Origin: Amphiscolops sp. MND2022
Lineage: Eukaryota
Assembly: GCA_964187785.1 (NCBI GenBank)
Contig: OZ076418.1
Span: 55,304,001 to 55,368,000, forward strand
Direction: 5' to 3'
Length of the DNA stretch: 64,000 nt
Part shown: positions 1 through 9,569 of the stretch, piece by piece
Numbering within the stretch: position 1 is the stretch's first letter
How the letters are laid out: each line of letters starts with the position of its first letter
Position numbers and translations under genes: made by a program
The notes under the pieces: generated by a model
Seen by the model: only the letters and a program-made list of their open reading frames with translations
What the model was told of the DNA's origin: nothing
Database searches by the model: none

Positions 1-180
1 GTCAGTACGCTGCAAGCTGCAGAGCCTCCTTACAGTGTCAATAACGATCCTATAAAGTAAATTTGGAAAACATCGGTAAGTGGAGGGTAATTTACAAATT
101 AGGACAATGTATCTCAAACTTTATTGATCGTCAAAAATTATTACTTGGTTTTGCGAGGAGCACCCGAGGGATTGTCAGAG

Positions 181-1554
181 TTATGACAGCCCTCCCTCGT
201 GAACTATGGCACTGATAGATGACTCTACGATTGCTTGTTGGCGGCGTGTCGCTCTGCAGCCTCTGAGACAGAGGACGGAACTACGTAGAAGAGCAAAACT
301 TATCTTAGTTCTAATGTAGCTGATCGCGTCGGCGTAGCTCTCTGTACCTTTTTCGTTGATTTTTGCAGCAAGTCGAGTAATTACTTTTGTGGCTGATGGT
401 CCGGCGCCACCTGTACATGCAAAGACTATGGGGTTACAGGTGCTTTTTTCCACATTTATAATTCTGGACTCGTATTTGAGTTTCTTTTGAGATTCGTGAA
501 ATTTGTATGCCTCGTTGACATTTTTGGGAAATGTTCTAGCGAGCGGATTAAAAATCTTGACGTCGAAAAAAGTTCTACAGAAACGAGAATCCCAAAGTCC
601 GTTTGCTTTAATGTCTAGTCTCGCCTCATCTTCAGTTGTCGTTGTTTTATGGACGAAGGACTCACCTTCCAAAGGCTGAAGTTTCGGCTCGATTTCGACA
701 TCATAGCAGACCTCTTTCATAACGGAGGCAAACGTGTCGCGGATTTCATTGTGTCGCATTTGGTTGTACCCTCCTTTGTTGCATTGAAGGGAATGCGACA
801 GGCTGAAAGACTCTCCACAGGGACATATTGACGGTGTTTTTAGTGGTTCCCACCCATAGCGCAGAGCCAAACCGTCGCGGAATTCTGTTTTCGACAGATC
901 AAAGTGATATCGTTTGAGTGGTAGCGTGTTCAACCAGCTAGATGCACCTTTTTCAATTGACAGATCTAGTGCGTAGCGTTGATTTTCATCGAGTTTTTCC
1001 TTCAAGATTGATATCTTTCCTTTGATTTTTGCGGACTTCTCTTTTCTAACTTGTTTCACGATTGAAGACTGTTGAGCTTCCGCGTCCTCGTCATTGTCCA
1101 AACATGCTGCCATTTGTCTCGACCAGTTCAATTCTTCTACTCTGTCTTCAGGATGTACTATGTTAAGTCCACCATCCCTCACAGGCAGGGAGAAAAGAGA
1201 ACGTTCCTCGTCCGTGATGTTACTTCTGCCGGTTATTGCTGGGATCAGGTTTTCCTTGATCTTTCTTTCCGTTTCTTCGAGATTTTCTATGAAATTAGGA
1301 GTCGTGCGTGAGAGAAAAGTCACTTTGTTTTGAAGACCTTTGGTGAAGCAGTGAAATACATTTTGTGGAGAAATTTTTGCGTGTTTCGACAACTTCTCTA
1401 CGATCTGATTGTATTCACTTTGTTTATGGTCTCTGAATTTTTCACAAGCAGACTCTGAACCTATTACAGACCCTAGGACACGATGTCCATCAACTATTTC
1501 AACATCTTCTTTGATAAATAGATTCTGGGCTTGTTTCAAGTGTTCGGTTTGCAA
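181..1554 (-). pseudogene. ORF2 C-terminal fragment: RT thumb region, zinc knuckle, restriction-like endonuclease
   Basis: GGLNI, KGASSWL, CPCGESFSLSHSLQC, RHNEIRD, RLDIKANGLW, FFDVKIFNP; separated from RT core by a frameshift near 1500-1554. Confidence 0.88.
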
Positions 1555-2415
1555 TGATGTTACATTTCGTCAATGTGTAGCCGAAAGCAGGTCCGTGCTT
1601 TTTCAATTGTTCGTGAACCGATTTTAGGTCTTTGAGACTGCCTGTTACATTACCATCGTCGGCGTACCACTTCTGAGTGATGTTTGATTTTTGAATCAGG
1701 TCAATCAGCGGTAGGATAGCAATTCCGAACATCGCCATGGCTAGAGGATCTCCTTGAGTTGTTCCCTCTTGCGATTGCAAGGTTTTGCCGTTGACAAAAA
1801 GATCTGTCGGTGTTTTATACGAGTTCTTTATGGCTGTTATAATTGAAGGACATTTATTTTCGATGTTCCGGAGCGCGAGGTCCCTGTTCAGGCTATTAAA
1901 AGCGTTCTTTGCATCGATGAGCAAAATGCCTTGAACTTCAGGGGTCTCGAACTGTTGCCTGAGGCTATGTATAGCGTGTTCGATTCCGCATTTCTGACCG
2001 AGACAAAGTTGTTTGTTTTTACCTAAGAGCTTCAGGTCGTTCTCTACACAGCGCAGTATGCTTCTTCCTATGATTCGTCTGAGAACTTCCCCAACGCCAA
2101 TTGGTCGTACCCCTGGGTTCTTGTCAAGGGGTATCAAACGGCAGGCATTGTATGGCCTTAGTGCTTCACTGTCAATTTCTTCAGTAGCGATTCTCACAGC
2201 TAAGCGGGCGACCGTGCGGCAGAGTGACGTCGATGACTGGTTAAAGTTGGACATCCAGCGCCGCCATTCGTTGGCATCCACACCGGAGGGTCCGTGGCTT
2301 CCGTGTGTTTTCATTCCGGCCCTACGAATGGCTCCTGCTTGTATTCTGTCGAAGAATACAGGAAGGTAAGGCGGAATGTTTTCGGAACTTGCAACTACGT
2401 AGGTGTCGTCGCAAC
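1499..2415 (-). pseudogene. ORF2 reverse transcriptase core
   Basis: GPSGVD, RLIPLDKNPGVRPIGVGEVLRRII, IDAKNAFNSL, QGDPLAM, YADD. The same frame stays open upstream of Met 2314 to about 2415 (..PVFFDRIQAGAIRRAGMKT). Confidence 0.92.
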
Positions 2416-3219
2416 CTTTTCTCCTTCAGGATATCAAGAACCGACTTGTTGTCAATTTTTTCTGATAGAGATAGGACTCCGCCTTTTTCACATTCATTCA
2501 CACTCCGTAGGGCGTTTGAGATTTTCCCGGCGGACATGTGTGTATCGAAGTCTCGGAACATATCTTTTGCTCTATTGTTGGATTTTGATTTCGTAGTTCG
2601 TTTTTGCAATGCCTCTGCTTCCTTGAAAAGTTCTTCGATTTCGCCATTTAGCCACATTCTCAGTCTTCTGGTCGTCGTCTTGTTCCTCGACGCATCTGGC
2701 TCAGAGGTAGTCCTTGATAAGACTAAATGTGGCATTAGCATTGCTGCATATAAAGCTATGTTCTCATTGCTTTGTTTCTCTGATATTGCAGATAGTAGGC
2801 GGTCCATTGTCTCGACAAACTTGTGCCCAGTTTTGTTTTTAGGCAGCGTGATGAATGAAGGTTTCCAATGAACTACTTGATTGTAAAAGTCTTTAATTTG
2901 AATAGCTTTTTCAGGGGTGACTTTTGCCCAGAAACCATCCACTGATAGTTCTTGGTTCAGTTCATCAGTCAGAGGTTGTTTCTGGTGTGTGGCGGTGCTC
3001 GCGTGACTTGTTGAACTGTTCGGTGGTTCAATGGCTGGCGAGTTGGCGGCTTCGCTTGGCTGTGGTCCTTGGCAGCGTACACAGCAAGTCTTTGGACCAG
3101 TCTTTCGCAGCGGAGAGACCGCTGCATTTCGTGTGCACGTATCCACATATCGCACACCATACGCCTCGACTACGTAAATGGGCCTGGCAAATGCTGCAGT
3201 GTGTTTGATTGCCTGACAT
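2322..3219 (-). pseudogene. ORF2 N-terminus: PHD-type finger plus pre-RT helical region
   Basis: ATG at 3219; CSIC..CAIC-GYV-H-TK-C..W, continued after a frameshift near 3080 by CVRC; then FYNQVVHWKP..RRLRMWLNGEIEELFKEA..GKISNALR..GGVL, typical of CRE-like ORFs. Confidence 0.75.
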
Positions 3220-3244
3220 TGTGGAGGGAGAGCTGTCGTGTCAA

Positions 3245-3853
3245 TTATTTGATTTGATTACATGTAAAGTGATTAAAATAAAATTTCAAAATCTGAGTGA
3301 AAACTAAATTTCCAAATCGAGAAAAATGAATGCCGTCTCGGGCAAAAATCTTGTGATCAAAATCACGATTAAAATGAGGTGATATTATAGGCAGGTTGAG
3401 GGAGCGTAGCAGATTGTAGAGGGCAAAATTCAGCTGGTTGATTTTTCTATTCACTGTCTGGTTGTTAGAAGTTGCAATGGTTTTGGGGATAATGAGGTTA
3501 CGGGGCTGGAACTTCAGGTACACAAGTTGAATCAGGAACTTCCAATTGTCTGTAAATGTAGTGGCTGCATCACGGTGATCATTAAAACCAGCGACAATGA
3601 TAAGGGTATTGATTTTGCGCTGCGGGTATTGTTGGATCAGATTACAGAGCTCGAGCAGGGAGGCACCACGGTAAGAGTGAACTGCTGCACCGATGTCTTT
3701 TGACCTAATGTATTTCGTTCTGGATGTGCCAATCACAAGATTTGTTGTTCGTTGGCTCAGCTGTCTGGGTTCGAAGCGTGACATCCTGAAACAAACAAAA
3801 AGGACGGCGCAGTATCGATGGATCATTTGAGTCTCAAAAACTTTCAAAATCAA
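3245..3853 (-). CDS. SGNH/GDSL hydrolase (esterase) domain protein, probable retroelement ORF1; true start likely a downstream Met (MIHRY or MSRFE)
   Basis: Blocks VIGTS (I), YRGA (II), AGFND (III), DGIH (V). Stop lies 26 bp before the ORF2 ATG. Confidence 0.8.
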   Translation of the reverse strand: MILKVFETQMIHRYCAVLFVCFRMSRFEPRQLSQRTTNLVIGTSRTKYIRSKDIGAAVHSYRGASLLELCNLIQQYPQRKINTLIIVAGFNDHRDAATTFTDNWKFLIQLVYLKFQPRNLIIPKTIATSNNQTVNRKINQLNFALYNLLRSLNLPIISPHFNRDFDHKIFARDGIHFSRFGNLVFTQILKFYFNHFTCNQIK

Positions 3854-4394
3854 GGACTCAAGAAAAGAACACAGCTAAAAAACAGCACTAAAAGCTCAAA
3901 AAAGAGCAGTAAAAAGCATTAAAAGCTCCAAAACGGAGCACTAAGAGCTCAAAAGGAGCACAGAAAAACAAAAAGGAACGAAACAACCTGGCAGGAGTGA
4001 AGAGTTTCTTCTGGTTGCAGGCTGCTGCTCCTTCCTGTGCCTCGCCGCACCACTGAATAATGTAAAAGCTCAAGAGCTGTAAATCATACAATGCCGGCCG
4101 CTGAAATCCCTAACTAAAAATAGGGCTACCCAATCCAGAGTTGTCCGGGCTTACATAACACACCTATTTAATAAGTTTATCACAACAATTAAAAGAGGAT
4201 TGTGAAAACTTACCAATAGAAGGGACCCTGGCCAAAAGCAACCCGCGGATCTCGGACAGCCCTATCGAGTAGTTAAAATTAACGCTATAAATGATAAATT
4301 ACATGACTTCATTAAAATTGGTATGTAGCTAATAGTGTAGGAAAAGTAACCGCCCCCCCCGCATCGGTTGTAGTTAATGAGGATCCCAACTGGG

Positions 4395-5652
4395 TTAACA
4401 GTTGAGATTAGGGAACTCGCCACCCCTGGCCACGGCTCCAACCACTTGCCTCAGGGTGGTATTTGCATCTGCTGCGTTCGACCCTGCTCTAGTTTGGTAT
4501 GGGGTCACAGGCGCATCTGCAGGGGCAGTGTTGTCCAAGTTAAAGGTCACTGCATTGTTATTTGCCCCAGTGAGGTTCTTCATGAAATACATGCATGTGA
4601 AGTTCATCTGGAGTTGTGTCACCAGCCACATGGCAGTTGAACCAGCGTCCCTGTCAGTTGTGGCAAGGTTCCAGCTGCCTGAGTTGACCTCGTAGGTGTA
4701 CTGTGCATTGATGGCCGCCACTATGTCTTTTATTTTGAGCAAGGTGAGTACTGAGGCCTTGCCACTCGTTGGTCCGAATATGTTAAGGCAGACATCAGCC
4801 TTTAAGCCAGTCAGGTTGAACGGGTGTCCATAAAGGCCACCAACTGGACAGACTGGCCAGCCGAGTTCCCTCAAGTCTCTTATCAGCAGGTTAGTTACCA
4901 CCCTGCCTGGCTTGACCTGGAATGCCCTGAGGTACTTCTTCACCTTGGGTTCAGAGAGCTTGTCAAGCATGTATGCTGCAATGAACGGGTATATGCACTC
5001 GTTGACAGCATTGTTGTTTTCTGCAGCAACCGTCGCTGCCAGTGCATCATAGGCTTCCTTCACTCCACATGCTGTGGCCATCGCTTCTCCTTCGGCTGCA
5101 GTCTTGGCGCCTCTTGAGACTCCGTTCTTAATCCTCCGTTCACATCTGGGGAACATCTGTGCAGCCATTGCAGGGTCGGTCATAAATCTCGTTGAATTCA
5201 TCAAAGTACTCAGGCCCCACAGCTTCTGCATTGCGGTTGTTGGCATTTAGCCTCTTCTTGGCAGCTATCCCGGTGACTATTGCGGCCAGGTTGACCATCT
5301 GGTCATTAGGAATATTTGCCAAGTTGATGTTGGCGGGCACTGGTGCCAGAAACTTGTCGTATAGGCCATGCTTCACAATGAACTTGCCTATAATCAGCAA
5401 TAGCTTCTTGTAGTGGGCCGATCGCAAATTGGGATCATTTGCAATCGGGTACTCCAAAATGCTCTTGAAGATCGCCTCATACAGTGCTGTTCTGGCTGCT
5501 TCAGGCGCGGCGTTTATCCCCTGGACCATCAGAAGAGCATTTTGTCTCACTGGCTCATTTTGGGGACTATCATTTATGAGGGTCGCCATCTGTCGGCGGT
5601 GAGCAGCATCCCTTGCTGCTCTGCCATTATTTGCTACTGCTGCTTCCGCCAT
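4395..5652 (-). pseudogene. Array ORF copy 1, frameshifted
   Basis: 2-bp deletion near 5177 (gggtcggtcat vs gggtcgaggtcat) splits it into track ORFs 5140-5667 and 4395-5246; also M>K and terminal W>C. Confidence 0.9.
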
Positions 5653-6189
5653 ATCTATAAGGGTCAATAGGAGAAATCCGGAGGCGGAGGCAGAACTGAA
5701 GGGGCAGAGGAGATAGGCAAATGAGAATAAGTTAAGCCTAATGAGGGATAATCTGGGTCACAGGGGCTCTGGTCAGGGTGACTGGTGGGACAGAACGGTC
5801 AAGTACGTTTGGAGTAGATGCTTTGTGGGAGTTTGTGCTGCGCAAGCTTTGGATAGGCCGTGAGGCTAATTAGAGTAAGTTGGGCCTAATGCTAGGGAGG
5901 ATTTGTTATCCTGCGGGCTAGGCTATTCGGATGAATTGAGTGTAGCGTGACACCAAGTCACAGGCTTTCGCTCACTTGCTGGTTGGGCAGGTGGGATATA
6001 TTGTTTTGCAAGAATTAATGCTTTTAGGCTGAGTAGCCGAAGGGTGCTGAAATCGTAGGCTGAAAAGGCTGGATATGCTGTCAGCTAAAACAGACCAGTG
6101 GAATTCGGATTTGCTTTGGCAAAAAAGGTTTCAACGATTCCCTTGACACCAAAGCGCTTCGAGCTTTTAATACCGAAAGAAACGTGTTT

Positions 6190-6305
6190 TTTTAATGAAA
6201 ATGAGAAATGACAACTTATAGGGTCCATTTCATTGCTTGTTTGATTTGTCAGTGATGGGGGATTGGATTTAAAGTTATACTATTTTGAAATATACCTCCA
6301 ATTGG
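6190..6305 (-). promoter_or_regulatory. Putative Pol II core promoter of the array ORF (shown for unit 1; repeated in each unit)
   Basis: Minus-strand CCAAT at 6301-6305 and 6262-6266, TATAAG at 6215-6220, TCATT initiator-like at 6194-6198, followed by an AUG-free leader. Confidence 0.45.
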
Positions 6306-6326
6306 CGAGAGACAATGAGGTATGGA

Positions 6327-6939
6327 AGTTGTTTGTCTTTCTTGCACGTGGGATGCCATTTGGGCTTCTATTTCTAGAAAAAAAACAAATTTATTCAAGG
6401 GTCTCAGTATACAGTCAAGTAATTTTTTAAATCGAATATGAAAGTTGAAATTAACCGTCGGGCGCTTGCTCAGTGGTGATTTGTACTGAATATTCGATTG
6501 TTTGTCTTTCTTGCACGTGGGATGCCATTTGGGCTTCTATTTCTAGAAAAAAAAACAAATTTATACAAGGGTCTCAGAATACGGTCAAGCAATTTTTTAA
6601 ATCGAATATGAAAGTTGAAATTAACCGTCGGGCGCTTGCTCAGTGGTGCTTTGTACTGAATATTCGATTGTTTGTCTTTCTTGCAAGTGGGATGCCATTT
6701 GTGCTTCTATTTCTAGAAAAAAAAACAAATTTATACAAGGGTCTCAGAATACGGTCAAGCAATTTTTTTAAATCGAATATGAAAGTTGAAATTAACCGTC
6801 GGGCGCTTGCTCAGTGGTGCTTTGTACTGAATATTCGATTGTTTGTCTTTCTTGCACGTGGGATGCCATTTGTGCTTCTATTTCTAGAAAAAAAACAAAT
6901 TTATACAAGGGTCTCAGAATACAGTCAAGCAATTTTTTA
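6327..6939. repeat. Nested ~170-bp tandem repeat (unit 1; 2-5 CACGTG-containing monomers per unit)
   Basis: Monomer ttgtttgtctttcttgcacgtgggatgcc..tctagaaaaaaaaacaaattt..ccgtcgggcgcttgctcagtgg..; monomer count per unit 4,2,5,5,4,5,4,5,5,3,5,5 (last one partial). Confidence 0.95.
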
Positions 6940-7110
6940 TCAGAATTTCCTTAATCTTTTTCTAACTCGAAAATCTTTTTCATACTGCGTTATTAGAATT
7001 TCCTTGAAATTTTCATGATCAAAAATTTTTTCATAATGCGTTATCAGAATTTCCTTAACCTTTTTCTAGCTCCGAAGTATTTTTCATACTGTGTTATCAG
7101 AATTCTCAAA
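6940..7110. repeat. Nested degenerate ~52-bp tandem repeat (unit 1; present in every unit, shortened in unit 12)
   Basis: t(c/t)agaatt at 6940, 6993, 7044, 7097. Confidence 0.75.
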
Positions 7111-7699
7111 CTTCTAATTTAAATTTTTTCCAGGTCTCTGCCACAGTCGCTTAAAAATAAGATCGCTTAGAAATAGAAACTCAACAAAAGTATCGGCGCA
7201 CAGTTAAAATTGCTGAAATGCGTCTTTTGAGTGATTTTGGAAGTTTTTTATCCATACAAAAAAATTTGCATAACCAATGACAAGATCGAGAAAATCCAAG
7301 AAATTGGTAACATCTTAGAATCCAAAACACTAAGACGTCACCGATTTTTGGTTCTTCTATCCAAAATGTCCAAACATTTGTCTTTGCCTAATTTGTCTCA
7401 GAGTGTCATAAAGTTGTTTGAAACTTAATTGCATTGTCACTTTTGTGCCATAATCGCATTAATATGTCCGAAAGAGGTGTAAGTTCATATAAATACTTAC
7501 ACTACTTGTTTGACGTTTTCAATTTGTTAAGAAAGGGGGCCGGATGCTGTTGGAAGCGGTGTTCGTGGGAATAATTCGAAATTAATTACTCAAATCACTC
7601 AAGAAACTGATCAGTTTTTTGGTGTCTTCGTAAATTCAAACTCATCAAATAATTCTAAAATCTTGTTCTGTATGTTCTAAAAAGATATAACAGTATTTA

Positions 7700-8075
7700 A
7701 GACTGGGACCAGACTACAACCTGTTCATATTTATTACTTGAAACAGATCATTGTATTTTTTTAAATTCTAAAACAATTTTCAAAATTATAGTCCGGGACC
7801 AGACTAGAACCTGTTCAAATATAGTACTTGAAACATATCGTTGTAAGTTTACATTCTAGAACGATTTTCAAAATTATAGTCCGGGACCAGACTAGAACCT
7901 GTTCAAATTTAGTACTTGAAACATATCGTTGTAAGTTTACTTTCTAGAAAGATGTTCGGAATTTTAGTCCGGGACCAGACTAGAACCTGTTCAAATATAG
8001 TACTTGAAACATATCGTTGTAAGTTTAACATTCTAGAACGATTTTCAAAATTTTAGTCCGGGACAGACTAGAACG
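7700..8075. repeat. Nested 88-bp tandem repeat (unit 1; one more monomer in units 2-12)
   Basis: agtccgggaccagactagaacctgttcaaa.. at 7790, 7878, 7966, 8055 plus a degenerate first copy near 7700. Confidence 0.95.
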
Positions 8076-8312
8076 TGTTGCCCACACTGGTCGATATTTA
8101 AGTTCAACTAAAAATCTAACTTCAAAAAATATCTCATCATTCAAAAACAGTCAATTCAATTGAAGGAATTTGATAATTCAAACAGAGATAATACAACATA
8201 GATAACAATTGAATTCTATATGGTTATTCAAAATTCAATGGTGTAAACAACGAAACAAAAGTAACCGCCCCCCCCCCCGCATCGGTTGTAGTTAATGAGG
8301 ATCCCAACTGGG

Positions 8313-9569
8313 TTACCAGTTGAGATTAGGGAACTCGCCACCCCTGGCCACGGCTCCAACCACTTGCCTCAGGGTGGTATTTGCATCTGCTGCGTTCGAC
8401 CCTGCTCTAGTTTGGTATGGGGTCACAGGCGCATCTGCAGGGGCAGTGTTGTCCAAGTTAAAGGTCACTGCATTGTTATTTGCCCCAGTGAGGTTCTTCA
8501 TGAAATACATGCATGTGAAGTTCATCTGGAGTTGTGTCACCAGCCACATGGCAGTTGAACCAGCGTCCCTGTCAGTTGTGGCAAGGTTCCAGCTGCCTGA
8601 GTTGACCTCGTAGGTGTACTGTGCCTTGATGGCCGCCACTATGTCTTTTATTTTAAGCAAGGTGAGTACTGAGGCCTTGCCACTCGTTGGTCCGAATATG
8701 TTAAGGCAGACATCAGCCTTTAAGCCAGTCAGGTTGAACGGGTGTCCATAAAGGCCACCAACTGGACAGACTGGCCAGCCGAGTTCCCTCAAGTCTCTTA
8801 TCAGCAGGTTAGTTACCACCCTGCCTGGCTTGACCTGGAATGCCCTGAGGTACTTCTTCACCTTGGGATCAGAGAGCTTGTCAAGCATGTATGCTGCAAT
8901 GAACGGGTATATGCACTCGTTGACAGCATTGTTGTTTTCTGCAGCAACCGTCGCTGCCAGTGCATCATAGGCTTCCTTCACTCCACATGCTGTGGCCATC
9001 GCTTCTCCGGCTGCAGTCTTGGCGCCTCTTGAGACTCCGTTCTTAATCCTCCGTTCACATCTGGGGAACATCTGTGCAGCCATTGCAGGGTCGAGGTCAT
9101 AAATCTCGTTGAATTCATCAAAGTACTCAGGCCCCACAGCTTCTGCATTGCGGTTGTTGGCATTTAGCCTCTTCTTGGCAGCTATCCCGGTGACTATTGC
9201 GGCCAGGTTGACCATCTGGTCATTAGGAATATTTGCCAAGTTGATGTTGGCGGGCACTGGTGCCAGAAACATGTCGTATAGGCCATGCTTCACAATGAAC
9301 TTGCCTATAATCAGCAATAGCTTCTTGTAGTGGGCCGATCGCAAATTGGGATCATTTGCAATCGGGTACTCCAAAATGCTCTTGAAGATCGCCTCATACA
9401 GTGCTGTTCTGGCTGCTTCAGGCGCGGCGTTTATCCCCTGCACCATCAGAAGAGCATTTTGTCTCACTGGCTCATTTTGGGGACTATCATTTATGAGGGT
9501 CGCCATCTGTCGGCGGTGAGCAGCATCCCTTGCTGCTCTGCCATTATTTGCTACTGCTGCTTCCGCCAT
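8313..9569 (-). CDS. Array ORF copy 2, unknown protein (418 aa from ATG)
   Basis: Intronless ORF; ATG in gatATGg context (track start is an upstream TTG); in-frame 3-bp deletion. Confidence 0.8.
   Translation of the reverse strand: MAEAAVANNGRAARDAAHRRQMATLINDSPQNEPVRQNALLMVQGINAAPEAARTALYEAIFKSILEYPIANDPNLRSAHYKKLLLIIGKFIVKHGLYDMFLAPVPANINLANIPNDQMVNLAAIVTGIAAKKRLNANNRNAEAVGPEYFDEFNEIYDLDPAMAAQMFPRCERRIKNGVSRGAKTAAGEAMATACGVKEAYDALAATVAAENNNAVNECIYPFIAAYMLDKLSDPKVKKYLRAFQVKPGRVVTNLLIRDLRELGWPVCPVGGLYGHPFNLTGLKADVCLNIFGPTSGKASVLTLLKIKDIVAAIKAQYTYEVNSGSWNLATTDRDAGSTAMWLVTQLQMNFTCMYFMKNLTGANNNAVTFNLDNTAPADAPVTPYQTRAGSNAADANTTLRQVVGAVARGGEFPNLNW

Larger units (their letters stand above)
110..3853 (-). 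mobile_element. CRE-like (restriction-like-endonuclease type) non-LTR retrotransposon, degenerate, with upstream esterase ORF; ends approximate
   Basis: RT motifs (RPIGVGEVLRR, LLIDAKNAFNSLNR, GTTQGDPLAM, WYADDG), CPCG..H..QC knuckle, REL motifs (RHNEIRD, RLDIKANG, FFDVKIF, KKLKY). AATAAA on minus strand at 120-125 after the stop at 181. At least three frameshifts. Confidence 0.88.

Noticed and set aside
4085-4105. ggccggcat on minus strand resembling an HDV ribozyme 5' end near the retroelement start
   Set aside because: I could not find the complementary P1 strand or P3/L3 elements; a covariance-model search would be needed.
5730-6065. Scattered TTAGGC/GCCTAA hexamers in the leader
   Set aside because: Dispersed and on both strands, not a tandem telomeric tract.
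5890-6085. 54-codon stop-free frame in the leader (LTAYPAFS..NSSE)
   Set aside because: No ATG and no recognisable motif; length is compatible with chance.
7231-7428. 65-aa plus-strand ORF MILEVF in most units
   Set aside because: Non-ATG start, AT-rich, no motif, and broken by a 4-bp duplication in units 8 and 10.
7700-8075. 88-bp repeats as a CRISPR array
   Set aside because: Contiguous monomers with no unique spacers, no cas genes, eukaryotic context.
6100-8258. Possible 5S, snRNA or spliced-leader RNA gene as array core or retroelement target
   Set aside because: No recognisable 5S, U-snRNA, tRNA or Sm-site-bearing sequence by eye; only an Infernal/Rfam scan could exclude a divergent one.
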